The notes under the pieces were generated by a model. It made no database searches and was not told where the DNA came from. It saw only the letters and a program-made list of their open reading frames with translations. Made by a program: the position numbers and the translations under genes. A stretch of DNA of 64,000 bases. Source: Candidatus Daviesbacteria bacterium (GTDB lineage Bacteria > Patescibacteriota > Microgenomatia > Daviesbacterales > UBA10151). Below are positions 31,062-41,114 of the stretch, one piece after another (position 1 is the stretch's first letter; each line of letters begins with the position of its first letter). Location of the stretch: assembly GCA_016176405.1 (NCBI GenBank), contig JACOXG010000013.1, positions 398-64,397 of the forward strand. The letters run 5' to 3'.

Positions 31062-31622
31062 ATGCGATTCTTCGTTGCACTTGAAATTCCTGAGGAAAAT
31101 AAAAAACAATTTCAGCAGATTCAAATAAATTTACAAAATCTTCTTCCCAAAATTAGACTGACTGATTTGGAAAAAATCCATCTCACTTTAGCCTTTATTG
31201 GAGAACAACCAGATCATTTAAAAGATAACTTAGCTTCAGTCATTAAACAGGCAGCTTACGGAATTCCTAATTTTGAGGTGACTCCTGCCTATATTGATGG
31301 ATTTCCTAATATTCATCATCCACAAAATCTTTGGGTAGGGGTTAAAGGAGATATAGATAAGATTCTTTTGATAAGAGAAAGGGTTAAAGATGGGTTGGAG
31401 ATTTTACACTTACCAGTTGATGAGAGAAGATTTATTCCTCATGTCACCATTGCCAAGTTTAATAATCATATTAGAATTTATAGAAAATTGGAGGTTGAAC
31501 TGGAAAAAATTATGACCATGTTATTTGATCCAATTAAAATTTCCTCTATCAAACTATTTGAATCAATCCCCTCTGGGGATTTCCATAAACATAATACTTT
31601 AGCTGAGGTTAGGCTTTTATAA
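31062..31622 (+). CDS. thpR: RNA 2',3'-cyclic phosphodiesterase (2H family)
   Basis: MRFFVAL start and two HxT motifs (HLTL, HVTI). Confidence 0.9.
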   Translation: MRFFVALEIPEENKKQFQQIQINLQNLLPKIRLTDLEKIHLTLAFIGEQPDHLKDNLASVIKQAAYGIPNFEVTPAYIDGFPNIHHPQNLWVGVKGDIDKILLIRERVKDGLEILHLPVDERRFIPHVTIAKFNNHIRIYRKLEVELEKIMTMLFDPIKISSIKLFESIPSGDFHKHNTLAEVRLL

Positions 31623-31715
31623 CCCCTGGCGCTTGACAAGAAGATAAATTTTGCTTAATCTATACATATAGGGTATTAAAGGACTTACTTTAGGTCCTTA
31701 TTTTTTTCAAAGCTT

Positions 31716-31901
31716 ATGCCAAGACCAGTTGAAGCCGCCCTAAATTCTGACTCTTCTACCTCAGCTGATTTAGTAGAGGAAAACAAAGATAGTCTTTTGA
31801 GAATGCCAGTTTTTGGGCGAGGACGCAGAAGATTTGGAAGACCTGGAAGAATTGGAAAATCACGAAGAATACTCAATCTATCCAATTCACATTCTGATTA
31901 A
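31716..31901 (+). CDS. Possible small Arg-rich protein
   Basis: 61-aa ATG ORF downstream of TTGACA-17-TAATCT (31633-31661). Confidence 0.4.
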   Translation: MPRPVEAALNSDSSTSADLVEENKDSLLRMPVFGRGRRRFGRPGRIGKSRRILNLSNSHSD

Positions 31902-31910
31902 AGTTAAATT

Positions 31911-32756
31911 TTATTTACTTCCCAGATAATACACATCTTTTTTGTACCTGTAGTCTGAGAATTGAAACTCACCTTTGCCATCAATTATAGCCTGATGAAG
32001 CTGGCAATCCTGACAAAGATCCTCCCCTTTAATACAAACCCAAATACCTTCTTCCAAAGCCTGTTTAAGTTGTTTGGCTTTTTCTTTTAGCCACTCCAGC
32101 TTTGGCTCCAGTGGATCTAAAACAATGGCTCTGGGACTATCATCTCTATCTAAATACCAAAATGAGGCAACAGAAACTACTTTTCCTAAATTAGCCTCTG
32201 CCAAAATAGCATAAATATAAAGCTGAATCGGGTCTTTTTCATCCGTGACACCTGTTTTAAAATCTAAAACATGCAAGGTTTGATCTTCTCTTTCCCCCAC
32301 AAAATCAAAATTACCCATTAAAATAACATCTTCAAAAAGCGGATATTTAGGAAATGAAATAGCTGGAGCCCCTTTTTCCAAAATTTTGGCATTTTGAAAA
32401 AAATTATCTATCATTTTTAAACCTCTTTTACCAAAAGTGGCCTCCTCTTCTCTGGAGCTAAAACCTCCTCTTTTGCCGGAATATTTCAGCCAAAAATTTC
32501 TAAATTTTTTAATCAGTTGATCTTGACTGACCTGTCCACCCATCTCCAAATACCATTTCACACTATCATGAACTGTGGAACCTAAAGATAGGTGAGGAGA
32601 AGCAATCTGGATTCTAAAACCAGTTTCTTTTCGTTTATAAATATTTTTCAGATAATAGCTTCTGGGACATTTTAAAAAATCAGATAAAGAAGTATAGGAA
32701 ATAAAAATGGGGTCTTTGATAAAACCAGTTTGAGGTTTAGTAATCATAATATGCAA
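31911..32756 (-). CDS. PD-(D/E)XK nuclease, RecB/Cas4-like
   Basis: [26 protein letters not shown] and C-terminal C..CQDC. Confidence 0.88.
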   Translation of the reverse strand: MHIMITKPQTGFIKDPIFISYTSLSDFLKCPRSYYLKNIYKRKETGFRIQIASPHLSLGSTVHDSVKWYLEMGGQVSQDQLIKKFRNFWLKYSGKRGGFSSREEEATFGKRGLKMIDNFFQNAKILEKGAPAISFPKYPLFEDVILMGNFDFVGEREDQTLHVLDFKTGVTDEKDPIQLYIYAILAEANLGKVVSVASFWYLDRDDSPRAIVLDPLEPKLEWLKEKAKQLKQALEEGIWVCIKGEDLCQDCQLHQAIIDGKGEFQFSDYRYKKDVYYLGSK

Positions 32757-33120
32757 ATTTTACTCTCAATTTTGTTAGAATACCAATGATGATTGTTTTG
32801 GGCATTGAAACATCTTGTGATGAGACAGCTGCAGCTGTTTTGGAACAAAAAGGGGGACGGATACAAATATTATCCAATGTTGTGGCATCATCTGCATCCT
32901 TACAAGCTAAATATTACCCGTGATTGAGACTGCGCTGAACGGATCACGGATTACGAATCACGAATTAGATGCCATTGCTGTAACCTATGGCCCAGGCCTA
33001 ATTGGTTCACTTTTGGTGGGAGTAGAAACAGCTAAAACTTTAGCATACGTTTGGAATAAACCACTTATTCCAGTTAACCACCTCATAGGGCACTTCTATG
33101 CTAACTGGATAACCTCAGCT

Positions 33121-33169
33121 CACCTCCGAGGTGAAACTAAGGTGTCACCAAGATCACACCTCGGAGGTG
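33121..33169. repeat. 49-nt CACCTCCGAGGTG-N23-CACCTCGGAGGTG element, copy 1, in tsaD
   Basis: Read directly; the two 13-mers are reverse complements of each other. Confidence 0.9.
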
Positions 33170-33464
33170 TACCTAAGTTTCCCTGCTTGGGTCTACTGGT
33201 CTCTGGTGGCCATACAGACTTGGTACTATTTCATGATCATAGTAAATATACTTACCTTGGTGGAACTAGAGACGATGCGGCAGGAGAGTGTTTTGATAAA
33301 TGTGCCCGCCTGTTAGGTTTACCCTATCCAGGTGGACCAGCCATTTCTAAACTGGCCAAAAAGGGTGATCCTAATAAATTTAAATTACCTACCCCAATGA
33401 AAGGCATCAAAGGCTTTGATTTTTCCTATTCTGGTCTGAAAACTGCAGTAGCAAACCTTTTGCA

Positions 33465-33513
33465 CACCTCCGAGGTGAAGGCTAGGTTACAGCAAGATCA
33501 CACCTCGGAGGTG
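33465..33513. repeat. 49-nt CACCTCCGAGGTG-N23-CACCTCGGAGGTG element, copy 2, in tsaD
   Basis: Same arms and spacer length as copy 1; both spacers end in CAAGATCA. Confidence 0.9.
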
Positions 33514-33877
33514 AAACAGGATTTGGCAGCTTCAATTGAGGAAACTATAGCTAATTCTTTAATTGATAAGGTTATCTTAGCAGCAAAAAAATATAAAGTT
33601 GAACAAATTATGGTTGCAGGAGGAGTAGCTGCTAACCAGAAATTAGTGGACAGGTTACAGGATACAGTGAACAGTATGAATCCAAAGATCAGCTTACACG
33701 TACCACCTGCCCATCTTTGCACGGACAATGCTGCCATGATTGCAGCAGCCGCCTTTTTCCAAAAACCTATTAATCCGCCAGCTGGCGGACCCCTCTCTTT
33801 ACAGGCAGACCCTAATTTGACTTTATAAACTAGATTCAATAGAATGTGTCATCAATTACTAGCTTTAGCTTATTTTT

Positions 33878-34246
33878 ATGAAAGAGAGAATATTAGAAAA
33901 AAACCGATCAGTGCACAAGGCTCTCCAGGGAGTAACCATGGTTAATCCTAATCCTGAGAGTTATTTCCCTTATTTGGGGCCAGTGCGACTTTGGGGAGTA
34001 AGTGTAGGAGACAGTAGAAAACTTTTTCTAAAAGACCCTTCATTCCCTACACAAACCTATCACGAGGATAACATATATAGAATGTTAGGCGTTAGTATCA
34101 GACCTTTACAAGGCATACTTACGGTAAAATATCTTGACTTTGCGGAAAGAACACATACTCAAACCTTTAATCTTACTAACATCCCCTATCAATCTATGGT
34201 ACTTTTTAACAGTGTGGTGATACCTAATCGGTATCCCCAGAATTAA
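33878..34246 (+). CDS. Hypothetical protein
   Basis: 122-aa ATG ORF filling the tsaD-valS gap. Confidence 0.55.
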   Translation: MKERILEKNRSVHKALQGVTMVNPNPESYFPYLGPVRLWGVSVGDSRKLFLKDPSFPTQTYHEDNIYRMLGVSIRPLQGILTVKYLDFAERTHTQTFNLTNIPYQSMVLFNSVVIPNRYPQN

Positions 34247-34289
34247 AAGATAGGTTGACCATAAAGTTAGCTTCCCATATACTTACTGC

Positions 34290-36347
34290 ATGGATAAGGT
34301 ATACAAACAAAACCAAGTTGAACAAAAATGGTATAAGTTTTGGGAAGAAAATGGCTTTTTTAAACCTGAAATAAACCCTTCTGGCAAACCGTATGTTATT
34401 ACCATGCCTCCCCCTAATGTCACAGGAGAACTACACCTGGGCCATGCTTTAACTGCTTCCATTGAGGATTTGCTGATCAGATATCATAGAATGAAGGGTG
34501 AAGCTGCCCTTTGGATCCCAGGAGTTGATCATGCTGGTATCGCCACTCAGGTGGTGGTAGAAAAAGAATTAGCCAAAGAAGGTAAAACCAGACATGATTT
34601 AGGTAAAGATGAATTTTTAAAAAGAGTTTGGGGGTGGGTCAAGAAATATGGCCAAAGAATTGATGAACAGCATAAAAAATTGGGAGTATCGGCTGATTGG
34701 TCCAGAAGAAGATTTACCATGGATGATGATTACCAAGAGGCGGTGCAGGAGGCATTCAATAGATTAAAAAGGAAAGATTTGATCTATCAAGACACGAAAA
34801 TAACCAGTTGGTGCTCTCGTTGTTCAACAGTTTTATCTGACTTGGAAAGTATCTACAAGGAGGAAAGGGCTAAACTTTATTATCTTGATTATGGTTCAAT
34901 CCAAATTGCCACCACCCGACCTGAAACCATATTTGCAGATGTGGCTGTGGCCGTGCCTCCTAAAAAAGCCAAAGCTAAAGTGGCCACCATCCCACTTATT
35001 AATTTAGACATCCCCATTATTGAGGATGGTTTAGTTGATCCCAAATTTGGAACAGGAGCCCTTAAGATTACACCTGCCCATGACCCTTTGGACTTTCAGA
35101 TCTGGCAAAAACATAAAAGTCAAATAAAAGAATTTCCTGTAGTGATCAATGCGGATGGATTATTAGTTAATGATAAACGCACACCCAAAGAGTTTACAGG
35201 ATTAAAAGTTGCTCAGGCCAAAGAGTCAGTTGTGGAATCTTTAAAGAAGGCAGGAAAACTGATTCAAGAAGAAAATATCACTCATTCCGTGGCGCATTGT
35301 CAGCGTTGTGATACTGTGATTGAACCAATGGTATCTTTACAGTGGTTTATTAAGATGCAACCTCTTGCCAAACCAGCCATAAGTGCTGTCAAATCTGGCC
35401 AGATTAAAATTATCCCCAAAAGATTTGAAAAAGTTTACTTTCAATGGCTAGAAAATATTCAGGACTGGTGTATTTCTAGGCAGATTTGGTGGGGTCATGA
35501 AATTTTAGAAGGTGGGGACGTATTAGACACCTGGTTTTCCTCATCTCTTTGGCCATTTGCCACTTTGGGCTGGCCAAAAGAAACTGAAGATCTAAAATAT
35601 TTTTATCCCACTACTGTGATGGAAACAGGCTATGACATTCTCTTTTTTTGGGTAGCCCGAATGATCATGATGGGACTGGAGATGACTGATCAGGCCCCAT
35701 TCCAGACAGTCTATTTACATGGATTAATCAGAGATCCATTAGGCCAAAAAATGAGTAAATCCAAAGGTAATGTGATTGAGCCACTGCTGATGGCAGATAA
35801 ATATGGTACTGATGCCCTGAGAATGTCACTGGTAGTTGGCAATACTCCAGGCAAAGATATGAGATTATCTGAACCAAAAATTCAAGGTATGCGCAATTTC
35901 ACCAATAAACTTTGGAATATCGGCAGATTTATCATTGATTTTGCCCCAGATGATGCCAAACATTTGGACAAAAATGTTTCGATCGAAAACAAAATGTCCA
36001 ATCCAGCTGATCGGGAAATTTTGGATCAGCTCAGTCATACCATCCAATCTGTCACAGAATCAATTGAAAAATATAGATTTCATGATGCAGCAGAAGCTTT
36101 ATATGAATTTATTTGGCATCAGTTTGCAGATAAATATATTGAATCCACCAAGAATAGGCGGACGGAAGCTCAACCTGTTTTAGAATATGTCTTCAGAACT
36201 TCCTTAGAACTCCTCCATCCATTCATGCCTTTTATAACCGAGGAACTATGGCAAGGGCTACCTCACCAAGCAGCCTCAATTATGGTCACCAAATGGCCAT
36301 CCGGTAATAATTTAGGCACGAATTCCCGCAAAATCAACGCAAATTAG
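34290..36347 (+). CDS. valS: Valine--tRNA ligase, compact, without the C-terminal coiled coil
   Basis: PPPNVTGELHLGH, ATTRPET, DWCISRQIWWGH and KMSKS motifs. Confidence 0.97.
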   Translation: MDKVYKQNQVEQKWYKFWEENGFFKPEINPSGKPYVITMPPPNVTGELHLGHALTASIEDLLIRYHRMKGEAALWIPGVDHAGIATQVVVEKELAKEGKTRHDLGKDEFLKRVWGWVKKYGQRIDEQHKKLGVSADWSRRRFTMDDDYQEAVQEAFNRLKRKDLIYQDTKITSWCSRCSTVLSDLESIYKEERAKLYYLDYGSIQIATTRPETIFADVAVAVPPKKAKAKVATIPLINLDIPIIEDGLVDPKFGTGALKITPAHDPLDFQIWQKHKSQIKEFPVVINADGLLVNDKRTPKEFTGLKVAQAKESVVESLKKAGKLIQEENITHSVAHCQRCDTVIEPMVSLQWFIKMQPLAKPAISAVKSGQIKIIPKRFEKVYFQWLENIQDWCISRQIWWGHEILEGGDVLDTWFSSSLWPFATLGWPKETEDLKYFYPTTVMETGYDILFFWVARMIMMGLEMTDQAPFQTVYLHGLIRDPLGQKMSKSKGNVIEPLLMADKYGTDALRMSLVVGNTPGKDMRLSEPKIQGMRNFTNKLWNIGRFIIDFAPDDAKHLDKNVSIENKMSNPADREILDQLSHTIQSVTESIEKYRFHDAAEALYEFIWHQFADKYIESTKNRRTEAQPVLEYVFRTSLELLHPFMPFITEELWQGLPHQAASIMVTKWPSGNNLGTNSRKINAN

Positions 36348-36354
36348 CCGCAAA

Positions 36355-37128
36355 TCAATCTTTTTTAGGCTCCTCCGGAGTAGTTTCAGTAGGTTCAGCT
36401 GGTTTTTCTCCCTCAGCAGGAGCTTCTCCCTCAGCTGGGGCAGCTTCTTCGCCTTCTGCAGCTACTCCCTCAGCCGGAACTTCAGCTCCTGCCTCAGCAG
36501 CTGCTTCAGCAGCCGCGGCAGCTTTTTCAACTGCCTCCTCTTCCAATAACTTCTCCATCTCCTCTGAAACAGCTGGAGCTAACTTGACCACAATTTCTTC
36601 AGGATCGGCATTGATGGTAATTTTTTCTCTATCCACACCTAACTGTCCCACTGTAACGGCATCATCAATTTGTTTAAGAGCAGATACATCCACCTCAATT
36701 TTTTCTGGTAAATCAGTAGGCAAAGCCTCCACCTCCACCTCATTTAAGGTTTGCAAAACAATCGCCTCCCCCAAATGAACTGCCTCAGGCTGCTCACCCA
36801 CTTGTTCAATCGGTACAGATACCTTCACCTTCTCAGACAAATTAACCTGATAAAAATCAATGTGAATTGGTTCCGAAGTCATAGGATCATACTGTACTTC
36901 TCGAATTAAAACCGGCCTAACCTTCTCAGAACCAATTTTTAGATCAATCAGTCCAGTCTCACCAGCAGCCGCAAAAGTTTTAAGAAATTCTTTGGCCTTA
37001 ACACTAACTAGCTCTCCCTCTACCCCTTTACCAAAAACATGGCCGGGTAAAATTCCATCAGAGCGCAATTTCTTCACCTTTTTGCCAACAATTTTTCTAT
37101 CATCAGCATTTAAACTTAATCTATCCAT
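36355..37128 (-). CDS. rplY: 50S ribosomal protein L25/CTC
   Basis: GKKVKKLR..G.LP..VFG, HIDFYQV, acidic Ala-rich tail. Confidence 0.94.
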   Translation of the reverse strand: MDRLSLNADDRKIVGKKVKKLRSDGILPGHVFGKGVEGELVSVKAKEFLKTFAAAGETGLIDLKIGSEKVRPVLIREVQYDPMTSEPIHIDFYQVNLSEKVKVSVPIEQVGEQPEAVHLGEAIVLQTLNEVEVEALPTDLPEKIEVDVSALKQIDDAVTVGQLGVDREKITINADPEEIVVKLAPAVSEEMEKLLEEEAVEKAAAAAEAAAEAGAEVPAEGVAAEGEEAAPAEGEAPAEGEKPAEPTETTPEEPKKD

Positions 37129-37165
37129 AATTAAACTCCTAATTTAACAAAAAAACACTGATTAT

Positions 37166-38008
37166 TCAAGCTGAACTTAGGATGACTACTCCCAGTAGTA
37201 GAATGATTGCTCCAATCATCACCTGGATTTTCTGCTTCTTTTGGGTAATTTCTCTAAAATAAACTAAACCCCAAACTACTGCCACTAACACTGCCACTTG
37301 AGTCAGTGGTAATCCTTTAGCCAAACCAATCAAAGATATGGCCATCACCCCCAATAGATTACCAATATTCCAAATTATGCCTGATAACAGACTTTCTTTT
37401 AAAGCTTCTTTTTCCAACTTTATTCTTTTTATCAAAAATGTCACCAACCCTGTTAAAAAAATCCCCAAAGACATGGAAAAGAAAAAATCCCGAGCCTCAA
37501 TCTGGCCTATTTTAACCGGCACAAATTGACTACCAAACATCAAACCTGCCACGATTGCAGCCAGTAACCCTTTTCTGACATTTTGACTTTGAGCATTGCC
37601 GGTGGAACTGACCAAAACTACTCCCAAAATAATCAGTCCAATCCCACTAAAACCTGCTTTCATACCAGTAGACAACTCATTGAATACTACTGTTCCCCAC
37701 AGAAAGGAGCTTAAGATCACCAGAGAAGCCAGAATTGGAGCAGCTCTGGAAATACCCAAATTTAATACCGCACTTAATGAAATAGTATTAGCAATTGCCC
37801 AAATTACTCCAGTTAAAACTCCAAAAATATTAAAACTTAAAGGAAAACCCATCATAATAGATAGAATTATGCCGGAAATTAAAATACCAATCGTCATCAC
37901 AAACTGAAATAAAATCAATTTGTGAGATTTAGACTTTTTAAAGGGAACAAAATATGAACCCCAAGCCAAAGCTGCCCCTAAAGCAGACAAAACACCTAAA
38001 TTTTCCAT
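37166..38008 (-). CDS. GRP-family (GlcU/RbsU-like) sugar transporter, DMT superfamily
   Basis: About 10 TMs in two repeats, AWGSYFVP, GISRAAP, WGLVYFRE. Confidence 0.8.
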   Translation of the reverse strand: MENLGVLSALGAALAWGSYFVPFKKSKSHKLILFQFVMTIGILISGIILSIMMGFPLSFNIFGVLTGVIWAIANTISLSAVLNLGISRAAPILASLVILSSFLWGTVVFNELSTGMKAGFSGIGLIILGVVLVSSTGNAQSQNVRKGLLAAIVAGLMFGSQFVPVKIGQIEARDFFFSMSLGIFLTGLVTFLIKRIKLEKEALKESLLSGIIWNIGNLLGVMAISLIGLAKGLPLTQVAVLVAVVWGLVYFREITQKKQKIQVMIGAIILLLGVVILSSA

Positions 38009-38107
38009 TAATCTACTATATAGTAATCATCAGGAAGTTTAAAGTCTCTTTGTCTAACCTTGCATGTTATCCAAATAAAACCCATAGTTTCTCACGTGAG
38101 CGGAGGC

Positions 38108-40990
38108 TTACTTCTTAAAGACCACCTCAAAACTTCTATCTTCTGATAAATCTGTTTTGATGACTCTTTCTTGCGGACTAACACTACTGGTCGTGGATGA
38201 CACTATCTGATAATTAATTGGATAGGTAATCTTCCATTCAAAGGGATCTTTTAAAGTCCCCATCTGCTTAATCACATCCAATCTATAAGTAGTTTGATTT
38301 TGTTGAAAATTTAGTTTTTCCCCCAAGTTATAATCTAACACCAAGATTTTTTGCTCCTTAGGTTGCAGTTCCAAAGTTAAAGAGTATCCTACCCTACCAA
38401 AGTCCACAAAAGAGCTCACTTCTTTGGTTATATCTGTCTCCCCCCACAACACTCTGACCATTTTAGTGCCAAAAGGCAAATAGACCCTCATTCTGTTCCT
38501 GTATCTGCCGGCGGGAAAAGCATTAGAGGGAGATCTATTCAGATAATTAATTCTTAATCTATGAGCTACTTCCCCATCTTTACCTATTACCGTTTCCAAA
38601 TTGTAACTGCGATCCAAATAGTAGTTCGCCTTATTGGCCCCTAAATTAGCCTCCACTGGAAAGAGAAAATCTGATAATTGCCCTATTTGTGGTTGGGCTG
38701 GCCTGGGCATCAGTGAGGCCCATCTTTGTGAGACCACATAAGAGAAAAGTTTGGGATCCTCCAAATAAATGGCCATGTGTTTGCCTGCCAAGGATTGACC
38801 TAAAGCACCCACAATGGCTGGCCAATTAGGATGAGGCAAAAAGAAAACCTTATTGAGTACTCCTCCAGTTAGGGTGGTCAGGAAAGTTTTTTTGGCCTGA
38901 GAACCGGGGAAAAAACCTTGCTCAGAATGAGAGATGGCTTTTTCAAAAAGATTTTCGTAAGTTACTTGCTCCCCATAATCGGGCAGATCAATAGGACCCA
39001 AAACAGAGAGCAAATTCTCCATGGCTGTCACATCTAAAGCAATCACTCCCAAAACTTTTTGTCCTGTTTCCTGATTATAAAACCAGGAGGCTTGTCTGGC
39101 AGAGGTGGGAAAATCTGGCTCCCAGTTGGAATCCCTTAAAAACCAGCCTGTTTGAGCCAAATCCTCAGCTATTTCTTTGGGGGGTTCAACATGAACTTTT
39201 AGCTGTCCATCAACAGTGTAAACATCATTAACCTCCAGTTTTTTCAGCTTACCTGCCTCAAAAGTGATGGTGCCAATTGACCCAATAAAGCCGCCTCCTG
39301 GACGAAGTTCCATATTATTTTGTAAAAGTACCAGATAACTCTTACTGGGATTTTCCGCTTCCGAACCAACCACCTCTGGTAAAATAGACACTGATGATCT
39401 GCCCTTTTCCACCAAACTTCGGTAAGTTATTAATTTCTGCTCCAAAGACTTAACTCTCCCTCTTAAAATAACCGGAACAGAGGAAGAAAAATTTTCATCC
39501 TTAAATAAAGCTTCTGCCAAAGATAAATCTTCTTCTGCCCGGCTCAAATTAGCATATGCCTCATCAAAGTAGGACTTGGGGCTATCTGCTCTTTCTCCGG
39601 TCACTGCTTCCAAACCCTGATACAAAAATTCAATCCCCAAAACAGTTGATTTGGCAGAAGATACGGACAGACTGGCTATTTTTGATAAATTATCTCCTGC
39701 CTCAAAAAGATCAGCCAAAAAATTAATATTTCTTAAAACAGATAGTGACTCGAAGATGGCCTGGGATTGTAGTACCCCATCCTCTGCCTGTTCAATTCTT
39801 TTTAAGCTCTGATTAAAATCTCCCTCAGATAGGAGGTTAACCGCCTCTGTCAACTGATATCGAAAGGTGAGCACTCCCCAACTTAAAGAAATAATTGGCC
39901 AAATCAGACTGTAAAAAATTAAACCTAAGGCAATTAACAGATAGATTTTGCCCGGTTTCATCTTTAATTTTGGCAGATTTAACCTTAACCTAGGGGTTTT
40001 TTTAACCTCTGGCTCTGGCTTCTTTGGAGCAATTGCCTTCAGTTCTGCTTCCTTTTCCTCTCTCCATTTTTTCTGCTGCCAAGCTATTTCTTCCTCAACC
40101 TTAGGCAATCTAACCTCATTATCCTTAAAAAATTCTAGAGTTTTTCTTAAAGCCTCCACCAAACTTACTTTTGGTTTCCAGTGCAAAAATTTTAGAGTTT
40201 TATCCAAATTAGGGGTGGGCCAAGGTGGTAACTGATCTGGTGTAAAACCCCTGGTATCAAACCAAACAGGATCCAAAAGTATTTGTTTTATCTCAGCCAC
40301 TTTAACGGGAGTTGGAGAAACTCCGTCAAAGATTTTCTGGGCAGTGGCTCCAGCCAAAATACATTTGATCATTAAATCAGCCGCATCATCTACATATAAG
40401 GCTCTTGAGGAAAATTCCAAATTGACATTTTTCTGTAACTCATCTTTTAGTGAGGCCACAATTAGGCTTACGAGCGGGTCTTTGGTTTTAAAATCCATTC
40501 TGGGACCAAAAACCGCTCCCAGTCTTAAGATCCTGGCGTTTAAATTATGTTCTTTGGCAAATCTGGCCAGTCCGACTTCGTTTTCTTTAAACCATTCTCT
40601 CTCAGCTGGAATTTCCCGATCATAAAGATCGATCCAGGAGATAAAGACACAGCGGCAATTACTCTTTTTAAATAGCTGTAGAATTTGATCCATATCCCAG
40701 CCAGGAGAAGCTGCTAAGAATAGATAATCCAATCTGTTTAAGTCCAAATCTAAATTTTTAGCATCTGTATCGATTAAATGAAAATTTTTATTCTTAATAG
40801 CCTCCTCTAAGTTAGACCTAAATCCATCGGAAAAGTTGTCTACTCCAATCACCTGAATATTTTTATCAAGCAGCTTATCCACCACATGAGATCCCAAAAA
40901 ACCAGCTGCACCCACCACCATTGCTACTGGAGTATTTCGCGAAAGCTGAATAATATTCTTTTGTTTGCTATAATTGCCGAGCTCGTCCAC
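38108..40990 (-). CDS. Fusion of a degenerate NAD-dependent epimerase, a TM and a DUF4012 domain
   Basis: VGAAGFLGSH..GVDN at the N-terminus; YLVLLQNNMELRPGGGFIGS, RDSNW.PDFP and NK.NYY in the C-terminal part. Confidence 0.85.
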   Translation of the reverse strand: MDELGNYSKQKNIIQLSRNTPVAMVVGAAGFLGSHVVDKLLDKNIQVIGVDNFSDGFRSNLEEAIKNKNFHLIDTDAKNLDLDLNRLDYLFLAASPGWDMDQILQLFKKSNCRCVFISWIDLYDREIPAEREWFKENEVGLARFAKEHNLNARILRLGAVFGPRMDFKTKDPLVSLIVASLKDELQKNVNLEFSSRALYVDDAADLMIKCILAGATAQKIFDGVSPTPVKVAEIKQILLDPVWFDTRGFTPDQLPPWPTPNLDKTLKFLHWKPKVSLVEALRKTLEFFKDNEVRLPKVEEEIAWQQKKWREEKEAELKAIAPKKPEPEVKKTPRLRLNLPKLKMKPGKIYLLIALGLIFYSLIWPIISLSWGVLTFRYQLTEAVNLLSEGDFNQSLKRIEQAEDGVLQSQAIFESLSVLRNINFLADLFEAGDNLSKIASLSVSSAKSTVLGIEFLYQGLEAVTGERADSPKSYFDEAYANLSRAEEDLSLAEALFKDENFSSSVPVILRGRVKSLEQKLITYRSLVEKGRSSVSILPEVVGSEAENPSKSYLVLLQNNMELRPGGGFIGSIGTITFEAGKLKKLEVNDVYTVDGQLKVHVEPPKEIAEDLAQTGWFLRDSNWEPDFPTSARQASWFYNQETGQKVLGVIALDVTAMENLLSVLGPIDLPDYGEQVTYENLFEKAISHSEQGFFPGSQAKKTFLTTLTGGVLNKVFFLPHPNWPAIVGALGQSLAGKHMAIYLEDPKLFSYVVSQRWASLMPRPAQPQIGQLSDFLFPVEANLGANKANYYLDRSYNLETVIGKDGEVAHRLRINYLNRSPSNAFPAGRYRNRMRVYLPFGTKMVRVLWGETDITKEVSSFVDFGRVGYSLTLELQPKEQKILVLDYNLGEKLNFQQNQTTYRLDVIKQMGTLKDPFEWKITYPINYQIVSSTTSSVSPQERVIKTDLSEDRSFEVVFKK

Positions 40991-41047
40991 GCGTAAATCG
41001 TAGCACGTTAGATTAGGAATGCAAGAGAGATCAAAGGTGACATTCTA

Positions 41048-41113
41048 TGTCATCCCTTCGGGTCTGAGCCTCAGGGTCGAAGACCTGAGCGAGTGAAACG
41101 AGTCGAAGGATCT
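41048..41113. repeat. Nested REP-like element downstream of rnhA
   Basis: TGTCATCC[CTTCGGGTCTGAGCCTCAGGGTCGAAGAC]CTGAGCGAGTGAAACGAGTCGAAGGATCT. Confidence 0.85.
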
Positions 41114-41114
41114 A

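Larger units (their letters stand above)
32786..33828 (+). pseudogene. tsaD: tRNA t6A-transferase TsaD, split by a frameshift with an internal deletion
   Basis: [22 protein letters not shown] at 32786-32923, then another frame [39 protein letters not shown]; the GGxxPE segment is missing. Confidence 0.8.

Noticed and set aside
33121-33513. CACCTC[CG]GAGGTG repeats near a Cas4-like gene read as a CRISPR array
   Set aside because: The repeats are 13 nt, form two separate pairs about 300 nt apart inside a coding frame and have similar spacers; no cas1 or cas2 is present
34290-36347. valS as a truncated pseudogene
   Set aside because: All catalytic motifs and the anticodon-binding region are intact; shortening fits genome streamlining
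36355-36560. Repetitive GCT/GAG-rich DNA at the rplY 3' end
   Set aside because: Explained by the ordinary low-complexity Ala/Glu tail of L25/CTC
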